Assembly (NCBI RefSeq): GCF_000024265.1
Contig: NC_013204.1
Coordinates: 978,180-1,042,179, forward strand
Direction: 5' to 3'
Length of the DNA: 64,000 nt
Source: Eggerthella lenta DSM 2243
GTDB taxonomy: Bacteria > Actinomycetota > Coriobacteriia > Coriobacteriales > Eggerthellaceae
Below, piece after piece: positions 25,945 to 33,967 of this stretch (position 1 is its first letter; each line of letters opens with the position of its first letter). The position numbers were made by a program, and so were the translations under genes. A model generated the notes under the pieces. It worked only from the letters and a program-made list of their open reading frames with translations. It did not search any database and was not told the DNA's origin.

Positions 25945-27349
25945 CGCCAAGAGACACGACGCATCGGTGCAGTCCGCCGACCCCACCCGCGACGAGCTCG
26001 ACGAGACCTTCGAGATCCTGGACCGCGACGGCGCGGTCGTCGTCTTCGGCGGCGACCTCATGGAGTGCGGCTTCGGCATCGTCTCGGCCAAGGCGACCGA
26101 GGACACCCGCCTGTCGTCGTCGGCCAAGGGCGTATACGCCTACTTCTGCGCCCATGCCGGCGCGGGCACCCATTCGCTGTTCCCGTCCGTGGACACGATC
26201 TGCACCCACCTCGCGATGTCGCGCAACACCTACTACCGCCACCGCCGCACCCTGGTCGAGTGCGGCTACATCAGCGTGCACCAGGGTCGCGCTCAGGGCC
26301 GCGGGCGCTATCTCTCGAACCGCTACGTCGTCAATGCCGAGATCCCCGAGGAGCGCCGTTTCGTGCCTGTCGATAACTCGAAATCGGCCGATGCCGCCGC
26401 TGTTGAAAACTCGCTTGGGGAAGACGCCGAAAACGAAGTTATCAACAACCCGCAGGATTCGCCGTGTACCAAAAATTGGTACACGGGCGACCAAACTAAC
26501 GTTAGTTTGCAACTAGATTCACCGTGTACCAATTTTTGGTACACGGGCCCAACTGGGAAAACGATTTCACCGTGTACCAATTTTTGCGACACTAACAAGG
26601 ATGTTGTTATTGATGTTAGTGAGAGAGGGCGCGCGGGCGCGCTGCCGTCTGTCGAAAACTCGGCGGTGTCGAAGGCCGCGGGCGACTCGGTCACGGTCGT
26701 GAAGGTCGCGTCGGAGGCCGGCCTTGGGCTCGAGACGGAGGTCTCGGTCTCCAACGCCGAGGTGCTTGCCCTCATGCGCATGTCCATCGGCAAGGCGGAG
26801 GTCTTCGCCGACGTCGCCGAGGCTTATGCCCGTGTGCTGGCGGACGGCTGGACGCTTCCGCGCATCGGCCGCGCCTACGACACATACCGCCGCGAGTACG
26901 CGGCATCGCACACCGACGGCCGCTACATCATGTCGCTGCCCAAGTTCCTCGCCGCCGGAAACGGCCTGAGGTTCTACGACCTGAGGGCCGATCTTGTCGA
27001 TTCCGGCGCCGTGGCCGCGGCCGAGGGGAAGGCCGCCCCGTCGAAGGCGCCGACCCGCGAGCAGGTCCGAAATTACGTGCACGAGAAGGGCTATGACGCC
27101 CCCGACCCGGACAATCCCGCCTACCGCGTGATCGACCCCGATGAGTTCTTCGACTACTACGAGGCGACCGGCTGGGTCCGGGCGGGCGGCGTGCCGATCG
27201 TCCGATGGAAGAACGTCGTGAACACCTGGCGCCGCAAGCCCGCGCCGCGCTCCGCCCGTAAGTTCGGCCCGTCCGGGCCGAAGAGGGCCATGAGCGTCGC
27301 CGAGCGCGTGGCCGCCGATAGCGATTTCAGCGAATTCAACGACGACTAG
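25937..27349 (+). CDS. Replication initiator-like protein (wHTH paralog of the 770..1270 product) with an internal iteron/palindrome tract.
   Basis: SSAKGVYAYFCAHAGAGTHSLFPSVDTICTHLAMSRNTYYRHRRTLVECGYISV parallels the first Rep wHTH. It is followed by a DnaC-like gene. A low-complexity linker is encoded by the repeats. Confidence 0.6.
   Translation: MGSAKRHDASVQSADPTRDELDETFEILDRDGAVVVFGGDLMECGFGIVSAKATEDTRLSSSAKGVYAYFCAHAGAGTHSLFPSVDTICTHLAMSRNTYYRHRRTLVECGYISVHQGRAQGRGRYLSNRYVVNAEIPEERRFVPVDNSKSADAAAVENSLGEDAENEVINNPQDSPCTKNWYTGDQTNVSLQLDSPCTNFWYTGPTGKTISPCTNFCDTNKDVVIDVSERGRAGALPSVENSAVSKAAGDSVTVVKVASEAGLGLETEVSVSNAEVLALMRMSIGKAEVFADVAEAYARVLADGWTLPRIGRAYDTYRREYAASHTDGRYIMSLPKFLAAGNGLRFYDLRADLVDSGAVAAAEGKAAPSKAPTREQVRNYVHEKGYDAPDPDNPAYRVIDPDEFFDYYEATGWVRAGGVPIVRWKNVVNTWRRKPAPRSARKFGPSGPKRAMSVAERVAADSDFSEFNDD
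26456..26592. repeat. Three direct repeats, each containing the palindrome GTGTACCAAAAATTGGTACAC, plus CACTAACA..TGTTAGTG inverted repeats; an AT-rich island inside the rep gene and a candidate origin.
   Basis: Copies GATTCGCCGTGTACCAAAAATTGGTACACGGGCG (26456), GATTCACCGTGTACCAATTTTTGGTACACGGGCC (26516), and partial GATTTCACCGTGTACCAATTTTTGCGACAC (26563). Confidence 0.65.
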
Positions 27350-27371
27350 CTCAGACGGAGGGAGAACCGAG

Positions 27372-28403
27372 ATGAACGACACGCAAGCGCAGGCGAGGCC
27401 GGTGAGGCCCACGCTCGAGGAAGTCGAGGCCTACGTCCATGGGAAGGGCTACGACGTGCCCGGCGCCGCCAACGCCTTCTACGGCAACTTCTTCTACGCC
27501 TACCACGACGCCCGCGTCTGGCGGCGCGCGGACGGCACGCCGGTGGCCGACTGGAGGGCGGAGGCGGACACGTGGCATGAGAGGGGGCCGCACTACCTCG
27601 AACCGGAGCCACGCGCCGCTGCCCCGGCACCCGCGGCGTCCGCTCCGGTCTCGGCGCCGGCACCCGAGGCCCCGGTCGCCTCGCCCGAGGCGCTTTCCGT
27701 CGGCGGTGCCCTGCCGCCGCTCGAGGTCGCCGACGTCGCGACCTTGGCCGCGACCGACCGCGCGTTCCATGAGGCGGTGGTCCGCAAGACCGGCATCCCG
27801 CCGCGCTTCGCACGCCGCATCGCCGAGGGCGAGGCCGCCCCGGAGCATGCCTATGACGCGCGACTCGCGCGCGGCGGCGGGCTGTACATCTACGGCCCGC
27901 GCGGCGTGGGCAAGACCGAGCTGGCGTGCCGTATCGCCTACGACTACGCCGGCGCGCGGCTCGATCCCCGCTTCGGCAACTGGGCGTACCGTCCCGTCCC
28001 GAAGGGCAGGCCCAAGCACGGCGTCAGGTTCGTCGTCTCGGCCGACCTCATGACCGAGCTCCGCTCGACCTTCGACAAGGGAGGGGACAGCGAGGCCGAC
28101 GTCATCCGCAGGTACGTGAACGTCCCGGTCCTGATCATCGACGACCTGGGCAAGGACTCCTCGACCCAGTGGGTGCTCGCGAAGCTGTTCCAGATCGTCA
28201 ACGGCCGCTACGAGGCCGAGCGCGCCACGATCGTGACCAGCCAGTACACCCAGGCCGGCCTCGCCGCGGTGCTGTCGGAGTACGGCCGCAAGGAGGACGC
28301 CCTGGCGATCGTCTCGCGCCTGGCCGAGATGACCGAGCGCGTCAAGGTCGACGGCCCGGACCGCCGCATGGCGCCCTGCGACGCCGAGGGGGCCGGGCGA
28401 TGA
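27372..28403 (+). CDS. DnaC/IstB-like AAA+ helicase-loader ATPase (second copy).
   Basis: Walker A LYIYGPRGVGKTELA. Walker B VLIIDDLGKD. ..TIVTSQYT. Ala/Pro-rich N-terminal linker. Confidence 0.75.
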   Translation: MNDTQAQARPVRPTLEEVEAYVHGKGYDVPGAANAFYGNFFYAYHDARVWRRADGTPVADWRAEADTWHERGPHYLEPEPRAAAPAPAASAPVSAPAPEAPVASPEALSVGGALPPLEVADVATLAATDRAFHEAVVRKTGIPPRFARRIAEGEAAPEHAYDARLARGGGLYIYGPRGVGKTELACRIAYDYAGARLDPRFGNWAYRPVPKGRPKHGVRFVVSADLMTELRSTFDKGGDSEADVIRRYVNVPVLIIDDLGKDSSTQWVLAKLFQIVNGRYEAERATIVTSQYTQAGLAAVLSEYGRKEDALAIVSRLAEMTERVKVDGPDRRMAPCDAEGAGR

Positions 28404-28600
28404 GCCGCCGGGCCCCGCAGGAGGGGCGCAGCTATGAGCAGGCCCTCTACTCCGTCGTCCTGCTGGTTCCGCGCCTCCCGAGGCCCGAGCGCACCCGGAC
28501 GGTGAGGGTCCTGCTCGACTTCATCGCCGGCCTCTGGGAGCTGGACCGCTCGCGCGTCGATGCGGATTTCGCATCGCTCGTGCGCGGGCTTCCCCGCTGA
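28400..28600 (+). CDS. Small hypothetical protein, translationally coupled (ATGA) to the DnaC-like gene.
   Basis: ATG overlaps the upstream stop. 66 aa. No recognised domain. Confidence 0.35.
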   Translation: MSRRAPQEGRSYEQALYSVVLLVPRLPRPERTRTVRVLLDFIAGLWELDRSRVDADFASLVRGLPR

Positions 28601-28723
28601 TGTCCGCATAGGTATGTGCATGAGCGTCCGCATATCTGCGCGTTTGCGCATGCACATACCCGCACAGAAGCACAGATGCGAGGGCGCGTATCCGCGCGCC
28701 CTTCTTGATGGATTGAGGTTTCC

Positions 28724-29077
28724 CATGGAGAGGATCGAGGAGATGTCCGCCGAGCGGGCGGAGGGCATATCGCCGGGCTCTACGGCGACGAGCTGTACGG
28801 CCTCGAGCTCGACGGCGAGGTTTCGGGCGAGGGGGCCATGCGGTGCCGGTACGCACCGGTCCATGATGAGGTGAGGGGCATCTGCGATGCGCTGGGGCTG
28901 GACTACGACCGCATCGCGACCGATCGTGCCGGGATGCTCTGGGCGGGCGAGGGGATGCCTCACCGCTTCGACGCATGCTGCGAGATCAGCGACATCGCGA
29001 GGCGCCTGCGCGCCCAGTGCCGCGATGTCGCTTCCCGTTCGGAAAGCCCCGGGCCGCGGCGCCGGCCCCATCGCTAG
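28724..29077 (+). pseudogene. Small gene whose coding signal switches frame near 28770-28780 (frameshift, sequencing error or recoding).
   Basis: High-GC3 reading starts at ATG 28724 (MERIEEMSAERAEGI..) and continues in another frame (..LYGDELYGLELDGEVSGEGAMRCRYAPVHDEV..) ending at 29077. Confidence 0.25.
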
Positions 29078-29147
29078 CAGGCGCTAGCATCTTGCGGAAG
29101 GACACGCATGGGCCGAATGTGCCCGGACAACGGAATGGAGCTTCAAG

Positions 29148-30182
29148 ATGGACAGACGAGAGCTCGAGATCATGTTGAACGATGCCTTCGACCGCGGCAT
29201 CGTCACGGCAAGGGCGGTAGAGGGAATCTATCCCCCCGCCGTCACGGTGGGAATCCTCGACGACCTCGGGCGCGAGATCGACTTCGGGCATGAAGGTAGC
29301 GGGTTGACGGTGTTTCTCCCTGGCATCGAGGACGATGCCCGTTTTGCCGGCTCGTGCAAGGCCCTCGGCGGCAAGGTGCCGCAGAACACCTATCGCATGG
29401 AACTTGTCTCGGCGATCGCCGGCGAGCTCATGGGCGCCGAGTCCGCCACCGCGCTCAGCGCCCTGGAATCCGCCCTGGACCGCGCGAGGCGAAGGGGCTA
29501 CTGCGTGTTCGACCGCGGCATCCATGACGACGTCCCGGATCCCGGGCTGGTCTACCTGTGCTCGACCTACCCGGCGGCCGTCCGCCTGAAGGACTCCCTG
29601 GACTTCGTCCGGGCTCAGGGCAACGAGCCGGACCGTCACGCGCTCGGCACATACCGCATGGTGGACGGGTACTGCATCATGGGAGGGTTGGACGAGGTGC
29701 CGCTGGCGGACGCATACGCCGTGGATGCGGCCCTTATCGAGGACTGGGGTGTCGGCGATGCCGTCTTCCGCATCACCGACCTCAAGGCGAAGACGTTTTC
29801 GTATGCCGTCGACGCCGACGGCGGGCAGAAGGCGTCGACGCTCGTCTACTACACCGATGAGGGCTCCGACCCGGTCCTCTTCCAGCAGACCGGCGGCGGC
29901 TGGCGCCTGGCGAGCGACAACTTCCTCGCCGAGAACTCGATCGTCGAAGACTTGGAGCGCGTCTATACCGGCGAAGTCTCGCCGGTATACCTCGATTCGC
30001 GAATCGTCGACATGGAGGAGATGGCCGAGGCCTACGGCTGGGTGAGGCCGGGGAGGACCCCGGCCTCCATCGCCGCCGGCGCCCGGAAGGCCGCCGCGTC
30101 CTCGGCGGCCGAGGAATCCTCCCCCGGCAAGGTCGCCGCCGCGGCCCGCGAGGCCTCGAAGGACTCGGCTCCCCGACACTGA
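29148..30182 (+). CDS. Hypothetical protein, 344 aa.
   Basis: GGAG RBS 7 nt upstream. Consistent high GC3. No recognised domain. Confidence 0.5.
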   Translation: MDRRELEIMLNDAFDRGIVTARAVEGIYPPAVTVGILDDLGREIDFGHEGSGLTVFLPGIEDDARFAGSCKALGGKVPQNTYRMELVSAIAGELMGAESATALSALESALDRARRRGYCVFDRGIHDDVPDPGLVYLCSTYPAAVRLKDSLDFVRAQGNEPDRHALGTYRMVDGYCIMGGLDEVPLADAYAVDAALIEDWGVGDAVFRITDLKAKTFSYAVDADGGQKASTLVYYTDEGSDPVLFQQTGGGWRLASDNFLAENSIVEDLERVYTGEVSPVYLDSRIVDMEEMAEAYGWVRPGRTPASIAAGARKAAASSAAEESSPGKVAAAAREASKDSAPRH

Positions 30183-30302
30183 TACCATGGTGGGTGCGGA
30201 TGCGCCCGCAGGCGCTTTGGCATACACACACAAACGCTCAACCGCGCATCCGCACATATCCACACATCCGCATCCGCATATATGCGTAAAAGGGGACGTG
30301 CC

Positions 30303-30452
30303 ATGATTGGAAACGTCTTGAAGCCCGACGGCACGGTGCATATCGAGCAGCAGGTCGGCAACATGCGGTACGACCTCACGACGGGACAGGTGGAGACGGT
30401 GGTCCCCGCGGCGGGCGCCACGAACCTCGTCTTCGGTGCCGACGGCCACTAG
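30303..30452 (+). CDS. Possible small protein of 49 aa (MIGNVLKPDGTVHIEQQVGNMRY..).
   Basis: AAGGGGA RBS just after a CA/TG-rich promoter-like tract. Below the ORF-track length cutoff. Confidence 0.3.
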   Translation: MIGNVLKPDGTVHIEQQVGNMRYDLTTGQVETVVPAAGATNLVFGADGH

Positions 30453-30787
30453 CGCATCGAGCTCACGGCCGGCAACATTCGTCAGAATCTCGGTAGGCCG
30501 GGTTTCGATACGCTCCTGTAGGTTCCGCAATCGCACATACGCATACACGTACACATACGCAGTTGCGCATACGTACACTCGCACAATGGAACACATGCAC
30601 GTCGGCATATCTACGCACATGCACATAGCCGCACACGCGCCCATCGGGCTCTAGCCCCGGTGGACGCCTTGTTTCCGGCCGTTTTCCGTATCCGGTGTTT
30701 AAGCCGCCGGATACAGGGGATAACCACCTGAGGGGAAACGGACAGCGCCGAGGGAGGGCGCGCCCCGAAAAGGAATGGAGAACGGAA

Positions 30788-31180
30788 ATGAGGATACCCG
30801 CAAGGGCGGCAGGGCCGCTCGTCGCCATGGCCATAGCCGCAGCATCGTTCGGCTGCATCGCGCCCGCGGCTTACGCCGAGAACGCGACCGCCGCCGTGAT
30901 CTCCGACGACGGTGATCATGTCGTCGTCGACGTCGACCTGAACGGAAGTGCGCCTGTCGGCGACGCGACCGAACAAGCCGATATGAAAAGCAGTCAGGGC
31001 GAATCGGTTTCCGATGCGGAACCAGACGAGGCCTTGAAAGCATTCGAGGCTCTGATGACGGCCAACGGCATCATTATAAGATCAGCGTTTTACTACATCT
31101 TACTGCCGTCTCTCTTCGCGATGGCCTTGCCTCTCCTCTTATACGAATTGCTGGAGCTACATGATCGCCGCCGCCTTTGA
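30788..31180 (+). CDS. Secreted/membrane hypothetical protein.
   Basis: Signal peptide AAGPLVAMAIAAASFGCIAPAAYA. C-terminal TM helix LLPSLFAMALPLLLY. Confidence 0.45.
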   Translation: MRIPARAAGPLVAMAIAAASFGCIAPAAYAENATAAVISDDGDHVVVDVDLNGSAPVGDATEQADMKSSQGESVSDAEPDEALKAFEALMTANGIIIRSAFYYILLPSLFAMALPLLLYELLELHDRRRL

Positions 31181-31297
31181 GTCCCGACGGTTGGACTGAA
31201 CCGGTGTCGTGCCGATCGTGAGCCCGGTCCGCCCCCGACGAAGTTATCTATAACCGGGCGGCTCTGCCCGAGCCGTCCTTGAAGGGAAGGAAACCCT

Positions 31298-32704
31298 ATG
31301 ATGCTTTTCGAATCTTTGATCTTCAACCTGCTCCCCGCAGCCGTCGGCATCATGGCCGTCGTGCTGGTGTTCGAGAGCTGCTGGCGCAAATGCCCGCCGG
31401 ATAAGCTCATGATCGTCTCCGGCGCCGGCAAGATGCGCTCCGTCTCCGGCAAGGGAACCTTCGTAATCCCGCTCCTCCAGCGCGTGGACACCCTCTCGCT
31501 CGGTGCCGTGCAGGTGCAGCTGACCACCGAGAACGATATCCCGACGCAGGACGCAATCCTCATCCACGCCTGCGCCGTGGCGAACTTCCAGATCGGCCAG
31601 ACCCCCGAGCTGATCGAGACCGCGTCCAAGAACTACCTGAATTTGGACAAAGAGGAGATGACCCGCCAGGTCACCGAGGTCATGCTGGGCAAGATGCGCG
31701 AGGTCATCGGCCAGATGGACCTCAAGGAGCTCATGCGCGACCGTGAGAGCTTCAACGCGAAGGTCTTCGGCGGCTCCAAGGATGACCTCGCCAACCTCGG
31801 CCTCGAGCTGCGCACCTTCAATGTGCAGGACTTCTCCGACTCCCAGGGCATCATCCGCTCCATGGGCGCCGATCAAGCGGCCGAGATTAAAAAGGAAGCC
31901 GAGCTGGCGCAGATCAAGGCGGCCGAGGAGGTCGCCATCCGCCAGAACCAGCTCGACTTGAAGCAGGCCGACCTCAAGAAGCAGGCCGACAAGGCGAAGG
32001 CCGAGGCCGATATGGTGAAGGCCACCGTGACGGCCGAGAAGCAGCGCGAGCTCTACATCGCCCAGCAGGAGGCCGAGATCGCTGCGGAGACCAAGAAGGT
32101 CGAGCTCGCCGAGCGCCAGGCGGACGTGAGGGAGCGCGAGCTGAACGCGACCGTGAAGAAGCAGGCAGAGGCCGACCGCTACGCCGCAGAGCAGGCGGCC
32201 GAAGCCGACCTCTACAAGCGCACGAAGCAGGCCGAGGCCGCCCGCATCGAGCGTCAGAACCAATCCGACGCCGAGCTGTATTCCGTCCAGAAGGACGCCG
32301 AGGGCATCCAGGCCCGCGCGAAGGCCGAGGCCGAGGCCACGCGCTTGAAGGGCGAGTCCGAGGGTGTGGCCGAGAAGGCCCACGGCGAGGGCGTCGCGGC
32401 GGGAATCAAGGCCCAGGCCGAGGCGTACAACGGCATGGACAACCCCTACCTGCTCGCCAACCGCTACATCGACATCATGCCCAAGGTAGCCGAGCAGGTT
32501 GCGAAGCCCCTCACTGCCGTCGATTCCATCAAGATGTACGGATCGGGCAACGCGCAAAAACTCGTAAAGGAGACCACATCGATTGTCGACCAGGTCGCAT
32601 CCGGCCTGAAGGACAGCACGGGAATCGACCTGCCGTCCCTGCTGAACGGTCTGATCTCGAACCCCGATATCGATGCCGACTCCGCCGAGAACTCGGTGGA
32701 GTGA
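31298..32704 (+). CDS. Flotillin / SPFH (band-7) family protein.
   Basis: N-terminal TM. SPFH core (..VQLTTENDIPTQDAILIHACAVANFQIG..). Long Ala/Glu/Lys coiled coil, then the flotillin C-terminal region. Confidence 0.85.
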   Translation: MMLFESLIFNLLPAAVGIMAVVLVFESCWRKCPPDKLMIVSGAGKMRSVSGKGTFVIPLLQRVDTLSLGAVQVQLTTENDIPTQDAILIHACAVANFQIGQTPELIETASKNYLNLDKEEMTRQVTEVMLGKMREVIGQMDLKELMRDRESFNAKVFGGSKDDLANLGLELRTFNVQDFSDSQGIIRSMGADQAAEIKKEAELAQIKAAEEVAIRQNQLDLKQADLKKQADKAKAEADMVKATVTAEKQRELYIAQQEAEIAAETKKVELAERQADVRERELNATVKKQAEADRYAAEQAAEADLYKRTKQAEAARIERQNQSDAELYSVQKDAEGIQARAKAEAEATRLKGESEGVAEKAHGEGVAAGIKAQAEAYNGMDNPYLLANRYIDIMPKVAEQVAKPLTAVDSIKMYGSGNAQKLVKETTSIVDQVASGLKDSTGIDLPSLLNGLISNPDIDADSAENSVE

Positions 32705-33078
32705 TGGTCGTCCAGCTGATCGCCTCGGCCTTGCTGCTCGATTTCTTCGGCTGCATGATGCCCCTGGCATTGGTCGAGGACACCAAGGCATTTAAGGTCG
32801 GCGTGTTCCTGATTTGGGCGGCGCTGGTGGCGGATTCCGTCCTGATGGGCTTGTTCTATCCGAGGGAGCTGGCGGGGGTGAATCCCCTGTTGGCGGCAGG
32901 TCTCGAATCGATATGCCTCATCTGTGCCATGTATCCCCTGCATGGGTTCGCATCGAACTTGGCCCCCTGTGGCATCCGGGTCGATACTGCCGCGGCCCTC
33001 GCCTTCATAGACTTCCTCGTGACCGCTGTGGGATATGTCTCCCTGCTCTTGGGTACGATCTGGCTTATATTCTTCTAG
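32701..33078 (+). CDS. Polytopic membrane protein coupled to the flotillin gene (possible NfeD-like partner).
   Basis: GTGATG overlap with the flotillin stop. 4 hydrophobic helices. Confidence 0.55.
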   Translation: MMVVQLIASALLLDFFGCMMPLALVEDTKAFKVGVFLIWAALVADSVLMGLFYPRELAGVNPLLAAGLESICLICAMYPLHGFASNLAPCGIRVDTAAALAFIDFLVTAVGYVSLLLGTIWLIFF

Positions 33079-33203
33079 GCTCGCAGGCATATGGACCTGT
33101 CGACCATCAAGCCGGAGGGTTCCGAGGAGTAGTACCGGCGCGGGCCGCCCGCACGTCGCGCAGACCGTCGGGCGGCCTTTTACATCGAAGGGGAGTGTGT
33201 CCC

Positions 33204-33704
33204 ATGGAGGGGAAACGAAACCGCGGCGAGGTGACCGCCGAGCTTTCCGAGAAGGTATGGGCGAGGCTGTGCCGCGAGAACGCCCTGGTCGCGAGCGAGG
33301 TCTGGGTCGATGACGCCAGCCGGGTCGATTTCGTGGCCTACAGGCCGCATCGTCCGCGCGACCGATCGTCGAACCATGCGACCGCCGCCGAGCTCGAGTC
33401 CGGCACCTTCACGTTCGTCGAGGTCAAGTCGTGTATGGACGATTTCACGAGCGGCCACGGCAGGACGTTCGAGGGCGATGAGAACTGGCTGGTGTGCCCT
33501 CTCGAGCTCGCCGACTCGCTGGCTTCCAAAGGGATGCTGCCCAAGGGGGCGGCCGTGTACTCGCCCGACGCCCGCGGCGCCCTGCGGAAGCGCTACGACA
33601 CTTCCGAGTTCCGGCAGGTGCGCGTCGCCCCGGCAATCGAGCTGATATGGGCGATGCTGAGGCGGAAGAGCTCATGCGAGACCGGCGCCGGTTTTCCCGT
33701 ATAG
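33204..33704 (+). CDS. PD-(D/E)xK-fold protein (MmcB-like restriction-endonuclease-like).
   Basis: ..VWVDDASRVDFVAY.. and FTFVEVKSCMDD fit a D..(E)VK nuclease core. High GC3. Confidence 0.45.
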   Translation: MEGKRNRGEVTAELSEKVWARLCRENALVASEVWVDDASRVDFVAYRPHRPRDRSSNHATAAELESGTFTFVEVKSCMDDFTSGHGRTFEGDENWLVCPLELADSLASKGMLPKGAAVYSPDARGALRKRYDTSEFRQVRVAPAIELIWAMLRRKSSCETGAGFPV

Positions 33705-33967
33705 ATCGCCGGCACATCTGTCCGGATGCATATCCGCACATCGGCATACATACGCCGAGGCACATACGCGCACATACATATATACACACCGGCGCTATCG
33801 TACCCGTTTGCGCATCGGGGTATACGGGCGCGCGGGGAAATGCGCGGAAGCATATCCGCCCCGCCTTCCAAAACTTCCTATAGTTTCTGCGAAACCCCCG
33901 TTCAGCGTATATTTTTTCGCTTGCGCGGGTATCAATTCCCCGTTACTGGTCGAACGGATGACGGGAT

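Noticed and set aside
25380-33830. Possible CRISPR array or microsatellite in the CGCATATG / GCACATAC repeat tracts.
   Set aside because: The repeats are short, degenerate and irregularly spaced, with no repeat-spacer periodicity of about 28-37 nt and no cas genes. They are better explained as promoter/operator-like elements.
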